From Patescibacteria group bacterium (lineage in GTDB: Bacteria; Patescibacteriota; Minisyncoccia; Phycocordibacterales; UBA9973): a DNA stretch of 64,000 nt. The stretch lies in assembly GCA_038061925.1 (NCBI GenBank), contig JBBTYD010000005.1, forward strand, positions 13,477 to 77,476, read 5' to 3'. This document shows positions 50,706-60,300 of the stretch, one piece after another (within the stretch, counting starts at the first letter, position 1; each line of letters begins with the position of its first letter). The translations under genes and the position numbers were made by a program. A model generated the notes under the pieces. The model made no database searches. It had not been told where the DNA came from and saw nothing but the letters and a program-made list of their open reading frames with translations.

Positions 50706-51686
50706 ATGGATAAAAAACTTACTGGTAAACACGCAGACGAATCATACTTAGACCTATTGGAGCATATAATGAAAAATGGCGCAACCAAGACCGATCGCAC
50801 CGGGACAGGAACAAAAAGCATATTTGGATATCAAATGAGATTCAATCTTGCCGACGGTTTCCCTCTTTTGACCACCAAAAAAATGCCAATTAAATCTCTA
50901 ATTCATGAACTCTTATGGTTCATGCGAGGTGATACTAATTTGAAATATTTAGCAGATAATAACGTCCATCTTTGGGATGAATGGCCATATAAAGCATATT
51001 TAATAAGGAATAAAATTAAGGTGCCAAAAACTAATTCTGAAGAATGGAGTACTGGTATCAAAGAATTCGTAGAAAAAATAAAAACTGAAAAAAATTTTGC
51101 GAAAGATTATGGAAATTTGGGACCGATTTATGGATATCAGTGGCGGAGTTGGCCCGCTTACGCTGAAGCTTCGGCGGGTCAGCCAGCTCACAAATATTAT
51201 ATTGATCAATTAAAAAACGTGATAGAGGAAATTAAAAAAAATCCAGATTCGCGCCGGCTGATTGTTTCGGCTTGGAACGTAGCGGATATAGAAGAGATGG
51301 CGAAAGCCGGACTGCCTCCCTGCCATTCCTTATTTCAGTTTTATGTCATTAATAAAAAGTTATCTTGTCAACTTTATCAGCGTTCTGGTGATACGTTTTT
51401 AGGTGTCCCCCTCAATATCGCTTCTTATTCTTTGCTGACTATGATTATCGCGCAAATTTGCGGACTGGAATTGGGAGAATTCGTCTGGACTGGCGGTGAT
51501 GTGCATTTATATTTAAATCATTTAGAACAAGCAAAATTACAACTTTCTCGACGTAATGATATTCGCCCATTGCCGAAAATAAAAATAAATCCTCAAAAAA
51601 ATAAATTGGAAGATTTCACGATAGAAGATTTTGAATTAATTGATTATCATCCGCAGGAAGCCATAAAAGCGCCCATTGCCGTATAA
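50706..51686 (+). CDS. thyA: thymidylate synthase
   Basis: [46 protein letters not shown]; start at MDKK after TATAAT. Confidence 0.97.
   Translation: MDKKLTGKHADESYLDLLEHIMKNGATKTDRTGTGTKSIFGYQMRFNLADGFPLLTTKKMPIKSLIHELLWFMRGDTNLKYLADNNVHLWDEWPYKAYLIRNKIKVPKTNSEEWSTGIKEFVEKIKTEKNFAKDYGNLGPIYGYQWRSWPAYAEASAGQPAHKYYIDQLKNVIEEIKKNPDSRRLIVSAWNVADIEEMAKAGLPPCHSLFQFYVINKKLSCQLYQRSGDTFLGVPLNIASYSLLTMIIAQICGLELGEFVWTGGDVHLYLNHLEQAKLQLSRRNDIRPLPKIKINPQKNKLEDFTIEDFELIDYHPQEAIKAPIAV
51152..51179. repeat. palindromic element family A in frame within thyA
   Basis: gcccgcttacgctgaagcttcggcgggt, encodes PAYAEASAG. Confidence 0.75.
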
Positions 51687-51696
51687 TAATGATATT

Positions 51697-52185
51697 ATGA
51701 TTTCACTAATAGCGGCCATTGGTAAAAATAATGAACTCGGAAAAGGCAATGCTTTACTCTGGCATATGCCGGCCGATCTGAAACATTTTAGGAAGGTTAC
51801 TTTATTACATCCGGTGGTGATGGGCAGAAAAACTTTCGAAAGTATTGGAAAACCATTACCTAATAGGAGAAATATCGTGATTACCCGAGATGCAAATTAC
51901 AAAAAAGCGGGAGTTGAAATCGTTCATTCTTTAGCTGGAGCGCTTGATTTATTTTCTGACAAAAATGAAGAGATTTTTATAATTGGTGGGGCGGAAATAT
52001 ACAAACAAACTATGCCGATTGCTGACAAACTCTATATAACTCACATCGAAGCTGAAGACAAAAAGGCAGATGCCTTTTTCCCGAAAATTAATGAGAACGA
52101 ATGGCGAGAAACTTCACACGAAGAACATCAATCAAATGAAAAAAATATTTTCTCGTATATTTTTTCGATTTACGAAAAAATCTAA
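51697..52185 (+). CDS. folA: dihydrofolate reductase
   Basis: MISLIAA, LLWHMPADLKHF, MGRKTFESIGKPLPNR, IIGGAEIY. Confidence 0.96.
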   Translation: MISLIAAIGKNNELGKGNALLWHMPADLKHFRKVTLLHPVVMGRKTFESIGKPLPNRRNIVITRDANYKKAGVEIVHSLAGALDLFSDKNEEIFIIGGAEIYKQTMPIADKLYITHIEAEDKKADAFFPKINENEWRETSHEEHQSNEKNIFSYIFSIYEKI

Positions 52186-52511
52186 GGATCCTTATCGGTT
52201 TTAATACGAATAAAAATATCTTTACCCTCGGGGGATTTTTCTTTTTTATATTTTCTATTTTTATTTTTTTCTATCTTTTCGATTAGTTCCTTTTCCAAAT
52301 TAAAACCCATTTTTTCGCACATCCCAAGAATAAATATCATCACATCCGCAAATTCTTCAGCCACCCCAGGCCGATTTCTGTTGTGTTTAGAAAACGCTTC
52401 AGAAAGTTCTTCATACGCCCGACAAAACTCCAGCGCGATATCAGTCGTGTTAAAACCTTTTTCCAGTTTATTTCTCATCACCTCTTTTTGCAATTTTTTC
52501 AAATCCACCAT
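52182..52511 (-). CDS. MazG-like nucleotide pyrophosphohydrolase
   Basis: EELSEAF...EEFADV acidic motifs, KIEKN.NR.Y. Confidence 0.85.
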   Translation of the reverse strand: MVDLKKLQKEVMRNKLEKGFNTTDIALEFCRAYEELSEAFSKHNRNRPGVAEEFADVMIFILGMCEKMGFNLEKELIEKIEKNKNRKYKKEKSPEGKDIFIRIKTDKDP

Positions 52512-52515
52512 AAAA

Positions 52516-53010
52516 TTATTGGTCTTTATACGATTCAATTTTCTTATTTACAACTTCTAACTCTACTCCGGCTTTTTTAAAAACTATTTTTGATTGTTGG
52601 GTTGCGTGATAATCTTTCAAAGCAACCACTCTTTTGATGCCCGCGTTTATAATTGTTTTGGCGCAAGTATAACAAGGAACCATTTTACAATAAAGTGTTG
52701 ATTGACTAATCGCCACCCCGCAACGCGCGGCATTGGCGATGGCATTTAATTCCGCGTGAGCGGTCCTCAGACAATGACGAGAGATTGTTCCATCATCTCC
52801 GGTGACAGTATGCATTTCATGTCCAACATCGTCGCAATGCGGTAAACCTATAGGCGAACCCACATATCCAGTCGCCAGGATTCGCTTGTCTTTAACCAAA
52901 ATTGCGCCTGAACGGCCACGTTCGCAAGTGCCACGCGAACCAATTATATCAATCATTTGAACAAAATATTCATCCCAGGATAACCTTTTATGTTTTGTAA
53001 CTTTTTTCAT
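52516..53010 (-). CDS. dCMP deaminase (ComEB family)
   Basis: SWDEYF, HAELNAI, PCYTCAK. Confidence 0.92.
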   Translation of the reverse strand: MKKVTKHKRLSWDEYFVQMIDIIGSRGTCERGRSGAILVKDKRILATGYVGSPIGLPHCDDVGHEMHTVTGDDGTISRHCLRTAHAELNAIANAARCGVAISQSTLYCKMVPCYTCAKTIINAGIKRVVALKDYHATQQSKIVFKKAGVELEVVNKKIESYKDQ

Positions 53011-53041
53011 TTCTTTAATATACTCCCAAGAATCTAAAAAT

Positions 53042-54058
53042 TCAATCCGCGTCTTTTTTCCCGAGCGCTTGGAGAACTTTCAAATACATTGCTTCAACAA
53101 TCTTCTGCTGTTTTCTACCCGTCGTTACATAGTGATCTAGCCCGGGCGCAGAGTTGATTTCAATAATATAATAGTCGCAACTTTTCGGGTCTTTTTTAAT
53201 ATTCCCTTCTGTTACCATGATATCCACTCCAGAAATACGTAGCCCCATATCTCTAGTGAGGTCTATGGCAATTTTTTTAAAGTTGGGATGAATAGTATTG
53301 GTGACGTCGGAAGAATCGCCGCCAGCAGACAAATTAGCATTATCCAGCAAATAGATTTTTTTATCTTTTGGTAAAATGCTGTTTAAAGTATAACCAGTAT
53401 GTTTTAATTTTAATTTAATTTTCTTGTCTTTAAAATTTATTTTTGTATCGCGCCCCGATATAATAAAAAACTTCTGTTTTTGTTTTAGCAGTGTTCGGAT
53501 AGATTGTCGTCCGTCGCCTGTTACCGAAAGAGGTGAGCGTTCATAAGCGGAAATAACTTCTTTATCTAAAACTACAATTCGATAATCACGTCCCGGCAGA
53601 TATCGCTCCATAATAGCTACTTTATCTTCCTTGAAAATTTCTCGCAGATTCAGAATTAACTCTTTTTTATTCCACGCCAGACATACTCCGAAACCCTGAC
53701 TCTTGCTATTTGGTTTCACAATCACCGGATAGCCTAAGCGTTTGGCATAATTTAGCGCATAAGGAATCTTCCGATTGCTTTTAACTATCTTGGCCCAACT
53801 ATCTTTAAAAACTGTCTTACCTTCTGCGACTGGATAACCTCTCTTCTGCATAAAGAATTTAGCATAATCTTTATCCCGAGCGATATCGGAAGAAGCGATA
53901 TGATTGAGATCTAATGAATACATTCGAAGTGACCGCACCACGCCATTTTTATAAATTATCTGCGCGGCAATACTCCACTCTTTTTCCACAACAACTCTGG
54001 CACCAACCTTGGGGGCAAGTTTCATAACAAGTTTAGTTAAATATGGAAGCTTGTTCAT
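53042..54058 (-). CDS. stand-alone ATP-grasp ligase (cyanophycin synthetase/GshF-type ATP-grasp domain)
   Basis: DKDYAK, YPVIVKP..SQG.GV, ERYLPGRDYRI, ANLSAGG, GVDI, EINSAPG. Confidence 0.85.
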   Translation of the reverse strand: MNKLPYLTKLVMKLAPKVGARVVVEKEWSIAAQIIYKNGVVRSLRMYSLDLNHIASSDIARDKDYAKFFMQKRGYPVAEGKTVFKDSWAKIVKSNRKIPYALNYAKRLGYPVIVKPNSKSQGFGVCLAWNKKELILNLREIFKEDKVAIMERYLPGRDYRIVVLDKEVISAYERSPLSVTGDGRQSIRTLLKQKQKFFIISGRDTKINFKDKKIKLKLKHTGYTLNSILPKDKKIYLLDNANLSAGGDSSDVTNTIHPNFKKIAIDLTRDMGLRISGVDIMVTEGNIKKDPKSCDYYIIEINSAPGLDHYVTTGRKQQKIVEAMYLKVLQALGKKDAD

Positions 54059-54783
54059 TTTTTTCTTTTTAAGTTGGCAAAAAGCGGAGCGTAAATATCC
54101 TTTTTAGGGTCAATGATAAGTTCATTTCGCTTTATTTTATTGGTGAAAACAATTGGCGCTTCTCTTATTAAAGCGAGTGGTTGTCTTTCTTGACCTTCTC
54201 CCATGCAGAGCACCGCCGAAGTGGCGAGACTGTCCGCAATATTGGTTTTGGACATTCTTAATACTTTTCCAAAAATATCTTTTTGACCTATATAATTCTT
54301 AATGCCCCGAAAACCGGCATACCCCAGCGCTATCCCTAACGCTCCAGCGCGCAGGGGCATTAATCGCGAGTCGGTTATAATAATTCCCAAATTTTTCAGC
54401 CGGTAATTATGCATCAGTTTTTTTCGCAGAATTTCCGCGCGTTTCCAACTATTTTTTGGCAAGAGAATGAGTTTGCCATTTGCATTTGATTCATCAATGC
54501 CGGCCGAGGCGAGCATCATGCCATCTTTAATAGTCATCCAGACGATTTTAGTTTTTAGCGCAAAATCGCTTTCCTTCTTTAGGAGTTTAATTTTTTGGTT
54601 TATTCTTTCTCTGGTTTTTGCGTTTTTTTTATACTCTGAAGTCCTGCCTTCAGACAGAGATACTATTTTTGAAGTGATGACTAGAACAGATTTTTCGGGA
54701 AGTTTTTTTATATGTTTTAAAATAAATGAGAGCAAGTCTTCATTTTCTCGAAATATTCCAGTTTTTATAGCTTTAATTCGCAT
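54055..54783 (-). CDS. CofE/F420-0:gamma-glutamyl ligase family protein (CT611-like)
   Basis: ITSKIVSLSEG, SAGIDESN, IITDS...PLRAG..G.ALG..GF, D.FG..L, MGEG.E.QP. Confidence 0.88.
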   Translation of the reverse strand: MRIKAIKTGIFRENEDLLSFILKHIKKLPEKSVLVITSKIVSLSEGRTSEYKKNAKTRERINQKIKLLKKESDFALKTKIVWMTIKDGMMLASAGIDESNANGKLILLPKNSWKRAEILRKKLMHNYRLKNLGIIITDSRLMPLRAGALGIALGYAGFRGIKNYIGQKDIFGKVLRMSKTNIADSLATSAVLCMGEGQERQPLALIREAPIVFTNKIKRNELIIDPKKDIYAPLFANLKRKK

Positions 54784-55297
54784 TTTTATATTGTAATAAA
54801 ATAGTGCCTTGTTTATTAAGCTTCTTGATTGATTTTAAAACAAATTTGTGTTTTTTGAAAATAGCGCCAAAAAACATTGGAACACCAGTGGTAAAAACAT
54901 ACGGTTCAATAGTTACGAAAAGTTCATCCAACATTTTATTCAGGAGACAAAAATTATAAACCTTGGATCCGCCCAAGACTGCCACATTTTTATATTTTTT
55001 CTTTTGTAAAAATTTCTCTAAATTAGACTTTTGGGGGTTAAAGAAAATTACTGAGCCAACGGAAGAAAATTTCTGGACTTTAGAAGTTAAAACTATCGTG
55101 TCTCTCTTTTTAAGACGCGTTTCGGCTAATTTATAAGTATTGCGCCCGACAATTACAGCCTCCATTTTAGTTAGCGATTTTTGAAAAAAATTCCAGTCTG
55201 CCAGACTCGTCCAATTTGTCCCAGATTGACTATTTTGCGCTATGCGCCCGTCGATGCTGGAAGCGACAAAAGCCGTATACTTAATTTTTGTTGCCAT
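54773..55297 (-). CDS. RibD C-terminal / DHFR-like reductase
   Basis: VASSIDGRIA, W.S.AD..FF, VGRNTY, LGGSKV, LDELFVTIEP. Confidence 0.85.
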   Translation of the reverse strand: MATKIKYTAFVASSIDGRIAQNSQSGTNWTSLADWNFFQKSLTKMEAVIVGRNTYKLAETRLKKRDTIVLTSKVQKFSSVGSVIFFNPQKSNLEKFLQKKKYKNVAVLGGSKVYNFCLLNKMLDELFVTIEPYVFTTGVPMFFGAIFKKHKFVLKSIKKLNKQGTILLQYKNAN

Positions 55298-55928
55298 ATT
55301 TTCTTAAAATATGAATTCCTAAATATGAAAGAGGCGTGTAAAAAATTCCCATCACTACCTTATAAATCCACCATGGGATTATAATTAACAGTATTGTTTT
55401 TATGGGATAAACACCAATAAAAGCAATAGACATAAAGACAACTGTATCAAATAACTGGGACCAAATATTAGACAAATTGGAACGTAACCAAAAATACTTT
55501 TCACCAATATGTTTTTTAAAAAAGAAAAAAGAAAGAACATCTTGATATTCAGCAATAACAAAAGCAACGAGTGATGCTATGGCGAAACGTGCAGAAAGTC
55601 CGAAAATTTGGTTATAGCCGTTTTTTACCCAAAGGCCTTCGTGCGCCCAGGGCATAGCCGTAGAGATAAAAGAGTAAAGTAAAAAAAGCACGATACTTAA
55701 AAAACCAGCCATAACGAAATTGTTTGCCATCCGCTTACCATAAACTTCTCCAATCACATCCGTCATGATAAAAACTATTGGAAAAGAAAAAACCGCCACT
55801 GAAAGGTGCGTGCCAAAAAGAAAAGGCATTAGTTTTATCCCCAAAGTATTCGCGGCAAAAAGCGAACTGATATAAAGAGTCAAACAAATAAGAATTTTCT
55901 TATAATCTCGTTCAGTCAGTGTTTGCAT
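55281..55928 (-). CDS. VUT-family (YhhQ-like) vitamin/queuosine precursor transporter
   Basis: FP..FI.TDVIGEVYGK, R..IASL.AF, WLRSN.S...SQL.DT..F..IAF. Confidence 0.9.
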   Translation of the reverse strand: MQTLTERDYKKILICLTLYISSLFAANTLGIKLMPFLFGTHLSVAVFSFPIVFIMTDVIGEVYGKRMANNFVMAGFLSIVLFLLYSFISTAMPWAHEGLWVKNGYNQIFGLSARFAIASLVAFVIAEYQDVLSFFFFKKHIGEKYFWLRSNLSNIWSQLFDTVVFMSIAFIGVYPIKTILLIIIPWWIYKVVMGIFYTPLSYLGIHILRKYGNKN

Positions 55929-55978
55929 TTTTTTTATTTTTATTCTTTAACCTCTACTCCTTACAGGAATAGAAGCGC

Positions 55979-56401
55979 TTAGCGCACATCTATGCCCATT
56001 GACCGAGCCGAACCAACGATGATCCGGATTGCTCCTTCGTCATCCTTAGCGTTCAAATCTGGCATTTTTTTCTTCGCTATTTCCAGAGCTTGTATGCGAG
56101 TTATCTTTCCAGCCTTAGTAATGGTATTCTTACCTGAACCTTTCTCTATTCCTGCCGCTTTCAAGATAAGCCCGCTGACTGGAGGAGTTTTTACGACGAA
56201 ATCATAACTGCGATCTTCATAGACCGTAATTAAAACTCCAACTTTATCTCCTGCCATTTTAGCTGTTTGGGCGTTGAACTTAGTGACAAAGTCTCCGATA
56301 TTGATTCCCGCCTGACCGAGCGCTGGTCCCAAAGGAGGCGCCGGAGTAGCCTTCGCAGCCTGAATTTGGAGTTTTATTTTTTTTGTTATTTTTTTTGCCA
56401 T
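55979..56401 (-). CDS. rplK: 50S ribosomal protein L11
   Basis: [24 protein letters not shown]. Confidence 0.98.
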   Translation of the reverse strand: MAKKITKKIKLQIQAAKATPAPPLGPALGQAGINIGDFVTKFNAQTAKMAGDKVGVLITVYEDRSYDFVVKTPPVSGLILKAAGIEKGSGKNTITKAGKITRIQALEIAKKKMPDLNAKDDEGAIRIIVGSARSMGIDVR

Positions 56402-56423
56402 ATATTTATTAGGTTAGATTAAC

Positions 56424-56972
56424 TTAAATTTTCTTAACTTGCAAGAAGTCGAGCTCGACTGGAGTTTCGCGACCAAACATTGAAACAAGTACTTTTATCT
56501 TACCGCGTTCTTGATCAATAGAATTTACCTTACCCTCAAGATCTTTAAATGGACCATCAATAATCAAGATACTCTCACCGATAACCATATCGATATTATT
56601 ATGTTTAGCCGTACCAGCATCCATTTTTTTGAAAAGATAATCCATTTCTTCGCTTTTAAGGGGTACGGGGTTCACTCCCGCGCCGACAAAGCCGGTCACT
56701 CTCGGAGTATTTCTCACCACATACCAAGAATCGTCGGTTACGATCATATCAACCAATACATAACCAGGATAAATTTTTTCTTCCACTTCTACCCTTTTAC
56801 CTCCTTTTATTTTTATTTTTTTTTCAATTGGGACAATAACGTTAAAAATCCTGTCATGCATACTTAAAGAATCAATCCGCTGTTTCAAGTTGCGCAGAAC
56901 AACATTTTCATATCCAGCATAAGTATGAATGGCATACCAATTTCTAGTTCCTTGTGTCTCCTGTTTTGCCAT
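56424..56972 (-). CDS. nusG: transcription antitermination factor NusG
   Basis: WYAIHTYAGYE, YPGYV, TPRVTGFVG, KOW domain, FGRETPVEL. Confidence 0.98.
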   Translation of the reverse strand: MAKQETQGTRNWYAIHTYAGYENVVLRNLKQRIDSLSMHDRIFNVIVPIEKKIKIKGGKRVEVEEKIYPGYVLVDMIVTDDSWYVVRNTPRVTGFVGAGVNPVPLKSEEMDYLFKKMDAGTAKHNNIDMVIGESILIIDGPFKDLEGKVNSIDQERGKIKVLVSMFGRETPVELDFLQVKKI

Positions 56973-56976
56973 AAAT

Positions 56977-57162
56977 CTAGCGATTAATTATTTTTTCCAA
57001 ACCTTTTGAGAAAATAAAATCAAAAATACCTAAATAATACGCTATTATAACGGATAAAATTATCACAATCAAAGTATAGTAAAAAGTCTGGTTCCGGCTA
57101 GGCCAAATTACATGCCTTAATTCCATCTTTGTCTCTTTGAAATATTGAGTAATTTTTGACAT
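56977..57162 (-). CDS. secE: preprotein translocase subunit SecE
   Basis: ELRHVIWPSR plus one TM; upstream of nusG. Confidence 0.93.
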   Translation of the reverse strand: MSKITQYFKETKMELRHVIWPSRNQTFYYTLIVIILSVIIAYYLGIFDFIFSKGLEKIINR

Positions 57163-57263
57163 ACTTGTTGTTTAATTGAATGTTATTTTAAAAAACCCCC
57201 TTTCAAGGGCTCTTTTAACACTACTCTTTTTAGTGAAAATAGTCAAATAAAAATTTTCGATTG

Positions 57264-57539
57264 TCATATCCTTCCACCCATAATTTCATATACTAGCCTA
57301 CGATGGGAAATTGCAAAAATTTTCACTTTTTGATTTTCTATACGAAAAATTATTCTGTAGTCGCCAACTCTCAATTTAAAATAACCTTTTAGTGATCTTC
57401 GTAATGGCTTTCCATACAACTCTGGTTTGGTTGTTAATTTTGTCTCAATGGCTTGCTTGATGCGATTTTTATACGAACCTGATATTTTAGGAATATCATT
57501 TTTTACAACTTTATCCACATAAAATATTTCGTAGTTCAT
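57264..57539 (-). CDS. RelE/ParE family toxin
   Basis: GKPLRRSLKGYFKLRVGDYRIIF, ISHRR.VY. Confidence 0.92.
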   Translation of the reverse strand: MNYEIFYVDKVVKNDIPKISGSYKNRIKQAIETKLTTKPELYGKPLRRSLKGYFKLRVGDYRIIFRIENQKVKIFAISHRRLVYEIMGGRI

Positions 57540-57546
57540 AGGAAAT

Positions 57547-57768
57547 CTATGTCCACGCCTGTTTGTGAGTCAAAAAACGAGCGTTTTTTATATCACGCTC
57601 TCCTGCGATTTTCTCAAGGACGATATCTTCTTCTATTTCAAGCGCAACACCCAAGAGATATACAGCTTTTGTAGCTTGTGGAATATGGTCGCGTTTAGCA
57701 ATGCGAGAAAGCATTATATCTAGACTTGATGGCAAAGAAATATTTATTCTTTTTTTTATTGTTGCCAT
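57547..57768 (-). CDS. antitoxin (ribbon-helix-helix-like)
   Basis: KRINISL N-terminal strand, LEIEED, THKQAW; directly upstream of relE. Confidence 0.8.
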   Translation of the reverse strand: MATIKKRINISLPSSLDIMLSRIAKRDHIPQATKAVYLLGVALEIEEDIVLEKIAGERDIKNARFLTHKQAWT

Positions 57769-57769
57769 A

Positions 57770-57805
57770 CAGAGTAGTGTATCAAAAGTGTATCACTTGT
57801 GTCAA
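57770..57805 (-). promoter_or_regulatory. TA promoter with tandem operator repeats
   Basis: TTGACA-18 bp-TACACT; TGATACACT occurs twice, overlapping the spacer and -10. Confidence 0.65.
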
Positions 57806-57816
57806 GCAAGTTAGGT

Positions 57817-58659
57817 CTATTTTATCTCATAAGTTATCGTTACGTCCGAGCTGATTGTATGCTCGCCTTTTGGGATTACAGCTGGAGCTGACGCGGTGCT
57901 TACACCGCTCTTCATTATCACCGATTCGGCATATATAATGGGATAATTATTTCCTGATTCACTGAAGCTGGAAATCTTGCCCAAGCTTACGCCCAAATCT
58001 TTTACCAAAATCCCTGCCTTTGTTTTCGCATCGTCAATCGCTTTTTTTCTCGCTTGTGTTTGTATGGCATCTGGATTATCTATTTCAAAATTTGGACCAT
58101 TTAAATCAGAAACACCCGTGATACCTAAACCTTGCATAATAGCGCCGACATTATCAGTGTTACGAATTTTTACAGTGACACTCTCGCTGGCCATATAGCC
58201 TATGATAATCTGCTTGCCATTAGGACAATAATAGGGAGAGGATGGATTCACAGTAATCCCGGCTGTGTCTGCGCCCATAGGGATCGGCGGGCATATTCCT
58301 TGCCGGTATTCATATTTAGGATAAAAAGAAACGTTAGCAGTTTTTATGTCTTTTTCATTTACCCCTTTTGTCTTTAAAAAATCCAAGGCTTTTTTTTCAA
58401 TCACGGCCACTCCCGCCTGGGCGTCTTTAACTATTTTATCATCTTTGCTAATTGTAAAATAAACACTTGCGATATCTGGCACAGCCGTAATTTCTCCGTG
58501 ACCAGAGAATGAAATAGTCGCCGGCGTGGTGTTCTCTCCCAACATATTGTTTTTCTTTATTTCCGAAAATATTTTAACAGCGAAATAAACCGACAAAATA
58601 ACTATTAAAATAAACAACGCCTGAAATATTCTCTTTTTATTCTCTTCTAGTATTTCCAT
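57817..58659 (-). CDS. SIMPL domain (DUF541) protein
   Basis: G.GEI.AVPDIA, GPNFEID, ARKKAIDDAKTKA, V.ITYEI; start approximate. Confidence 0.9.
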   Translation of the reverse strand: MEILEENKKRIFQALFILIVILSVYFAVKIFSEIKKNNMLGENTTPATISFSGHGEITAVPDIASVYFTISKDDKIVKDAQAGVAVIEKKALDFLKTKGVNEKDIKTANVSFYPKYEYRQGICPPIPMGADTAGITVNPSSPYYCPNGKQIIIGYMASESVTVKIRNTDNVGAIMQGLGITGVSDLNGPNFEIDNPDAIQTQARKKAIDDAKTKAGILVKDLGVSLGKISSFSESGNNYPIIYAESVIMKSGVSTASAPAVIPKGEHTISSDVTITYEIK

Positions 58660-58666
58660 ATACTCA

Positions 58667-59116
58667 TTATTTATTAATTGAAACAAGTTCAACGTCGAAA
58701 ATCAATGTTGAATTTGGAGGAATTACTCCGGGAACTCCATTCGCGCCGTAAGCGTCTGAGGGCGCTATGGTTAAAGTCTTTTTCTCTCCGACTTTCATTC
58801 CAACTATGCCTTTATCCCAGCCGGGAATTACTTGCCCAGCGCCTAAAGTGAAAACGAAGGGTTCGACGTGTTTGAATTTTGGATCAATGTTTGAATCAAA
58901 AACCGTGCCATTCTGGAGTCGCCCGGTGTAATTCATCGAAACCTGATCACCTATTTTTGCCACCTCCACTGTAATTGCTCCATTATTAGCAGGAACTGTC
59001 TGATTATTAGAATTCATATTTTCTTTTTTATTTAGATTGATAAAAATCAAAAACCCGACCAACACCAAGCAAATTATCACCGCCCCAATAATTCCTATAT
59101 TTTTTTTATTTTCCAT
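58667..59116 (-). CDS. FKBP-type peptidyl-prolyl isomerase
   Basis: YTGRL.NGTVFDS, VIPGWDKG, AYG, IPPNSTLIFDVEL. Confidence 0.95.
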   Translation of the reverse strand: MENKKNIGIIGAVIICLVLVGFLIFINLNKKENMNSNNQTVPANNGAITVEVAKIGDQVSMNYTGRLQNGTVFDSNIDPKFKHVEPFVFTLGAGQVIPGWDKGIVGMKVGEKKTLTIAPSDAYGANGVPGVIPPNSTLIFDVELVSINK

Positions 59117-59172
59117 AAATTAAAGATAAACTTATTTATTCTAATAATTCAATTATAGACTTTATTATTTTT

Positions 59173-60246
59173 TCACACAAGATTGACTTCTGGCACAAGT
59201 TCCAGACCGAATTTTTCTCTGACATCGGCGATGATTTTATTAGCTAAAGCCAATATTTCTTTCCCGTCTGCTCCGCCGTAATTTACCAAAACTAACGCCT
59301 GTTTTTCATGCACGCCAACATTGCCTATTCTTTTTCCTTTCCAACCGCATTGTTCAATCAGCCAACCAGCGGGAATTTTTATTATTCCATTCTTGTTCGT
59401 TATCGCCGGAATGTCGATGGGTTCGTTAAAATATGGTATTTGGGGATAAATTTTTTGCAGTTTTTCGAATTGTTTTGGTTTCACAAAAACATTCTTAAAA
59501 AAACTGCCAGCATTGCCGATCACGGCCGGATCTGGAAGTTTGCTCTTGCGTATCTGTGAAACTGCGTCGCTGATGTCTCTTGGCTGTAGCCTGGCGAGCG
59601 AAGTTTTGGAGTCCATCATTTTATTTTTTTCTAAATACTCTTGCAGAATTTTATAAGTTATATTTTTATTTTCTATCTTGCTTAATAAAAGAGTGATGGC
59701 AGTGATAAAATATTTGTCTTTTAATTTATTTTTGAAAATACTATCTCGATAACCAAGTTCGCATTCTTCTTGGCTGAAAACTTTCTTCTTATTTTCTTCA
59801 CCATTTTCTAAATTATATGCTTCCACACTCTTTAAGACATCGCGTAATTCTCTGCCGTAAGCTCCAATATTTTGCATCGGCGCTGCGCCGACGGTGCCTG
59901 GAATAAGCGCCAGGTTTTCAATGCCCCACCAGCCTCGCTCTACAGCAAAAATCACCAGATCGTGCCAAATTTCCCCACCCATACATCTTAGAACGACATT
60001 TTCAGAATTTTCACTTAAAATCTTTATACCTTTTAATTTATTTAAAATAACTAAACCGTCAAAATCTTTTGTGAATAAGACATTACTTCCTCCACCGAGA
60101 AATAATTTTTCGCTATTTTTAAATTCTGGAGTATTAAAAAGTTTTTTTAAATCAATTTCACTGGTTATTTTGACGAAAAACTTGGCTTGGACCGATATGC
60201 CAAAAGTGTTTAATTTAGATAGATTGTAATTAGTCTGAATTTTCAT
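59173..60246 (-). CDS. murB: UDP-N-acetylenolpyruvoylglucosamine reductase
   Basis: LGGGSNVL, IPGTVGAAPMQNIGAYG, YRDS, GNAGSFFKN, ALVLVN, LVPEV. Confidence 0.96.
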   Translation of the reverse strand: MKIQTNYNLSKLNTFGISVQAKFFVKITSEIDLKKLFNTPEFKNSEKLFLGGGSNVLFTKDFDGLVILNKLKGIKILSENSENVVLRCMGGEIWHDLVIFAVERGWWGIENLALIPGTVGAAPMQNIGAYGRELRDVLKSVEAYNLENGEENKKKVFSQEECELGYRDSIFKNKLKDKYFITAITLLLSKIENKNITYKILQEYLEKNKMMDSKTSLARLQPRDISDAVSQIRKSKLPDPAVIGNAGSFFKNVFVKPKQFEKLQKIYPQIPYFNEPIDIPAITNKNGIIKIPAGWLIEQCGWKGKRIGNVGVHEKQALVLVNYGGADGKEILALANKIIADVREKFGLELVPEVNLV

Positions 60247-60300
60247 GTTTTTATGCTCGCCTAATATTTTTCAGTATATCAAAATAATAAATATAAACAA

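Noticed and set aside
53042-54058. cyanophycin synthetase call
   Set aside because: Only the ATP-grasp domain is present, with no Mur-ligase half and no cyanophycinase nearby.
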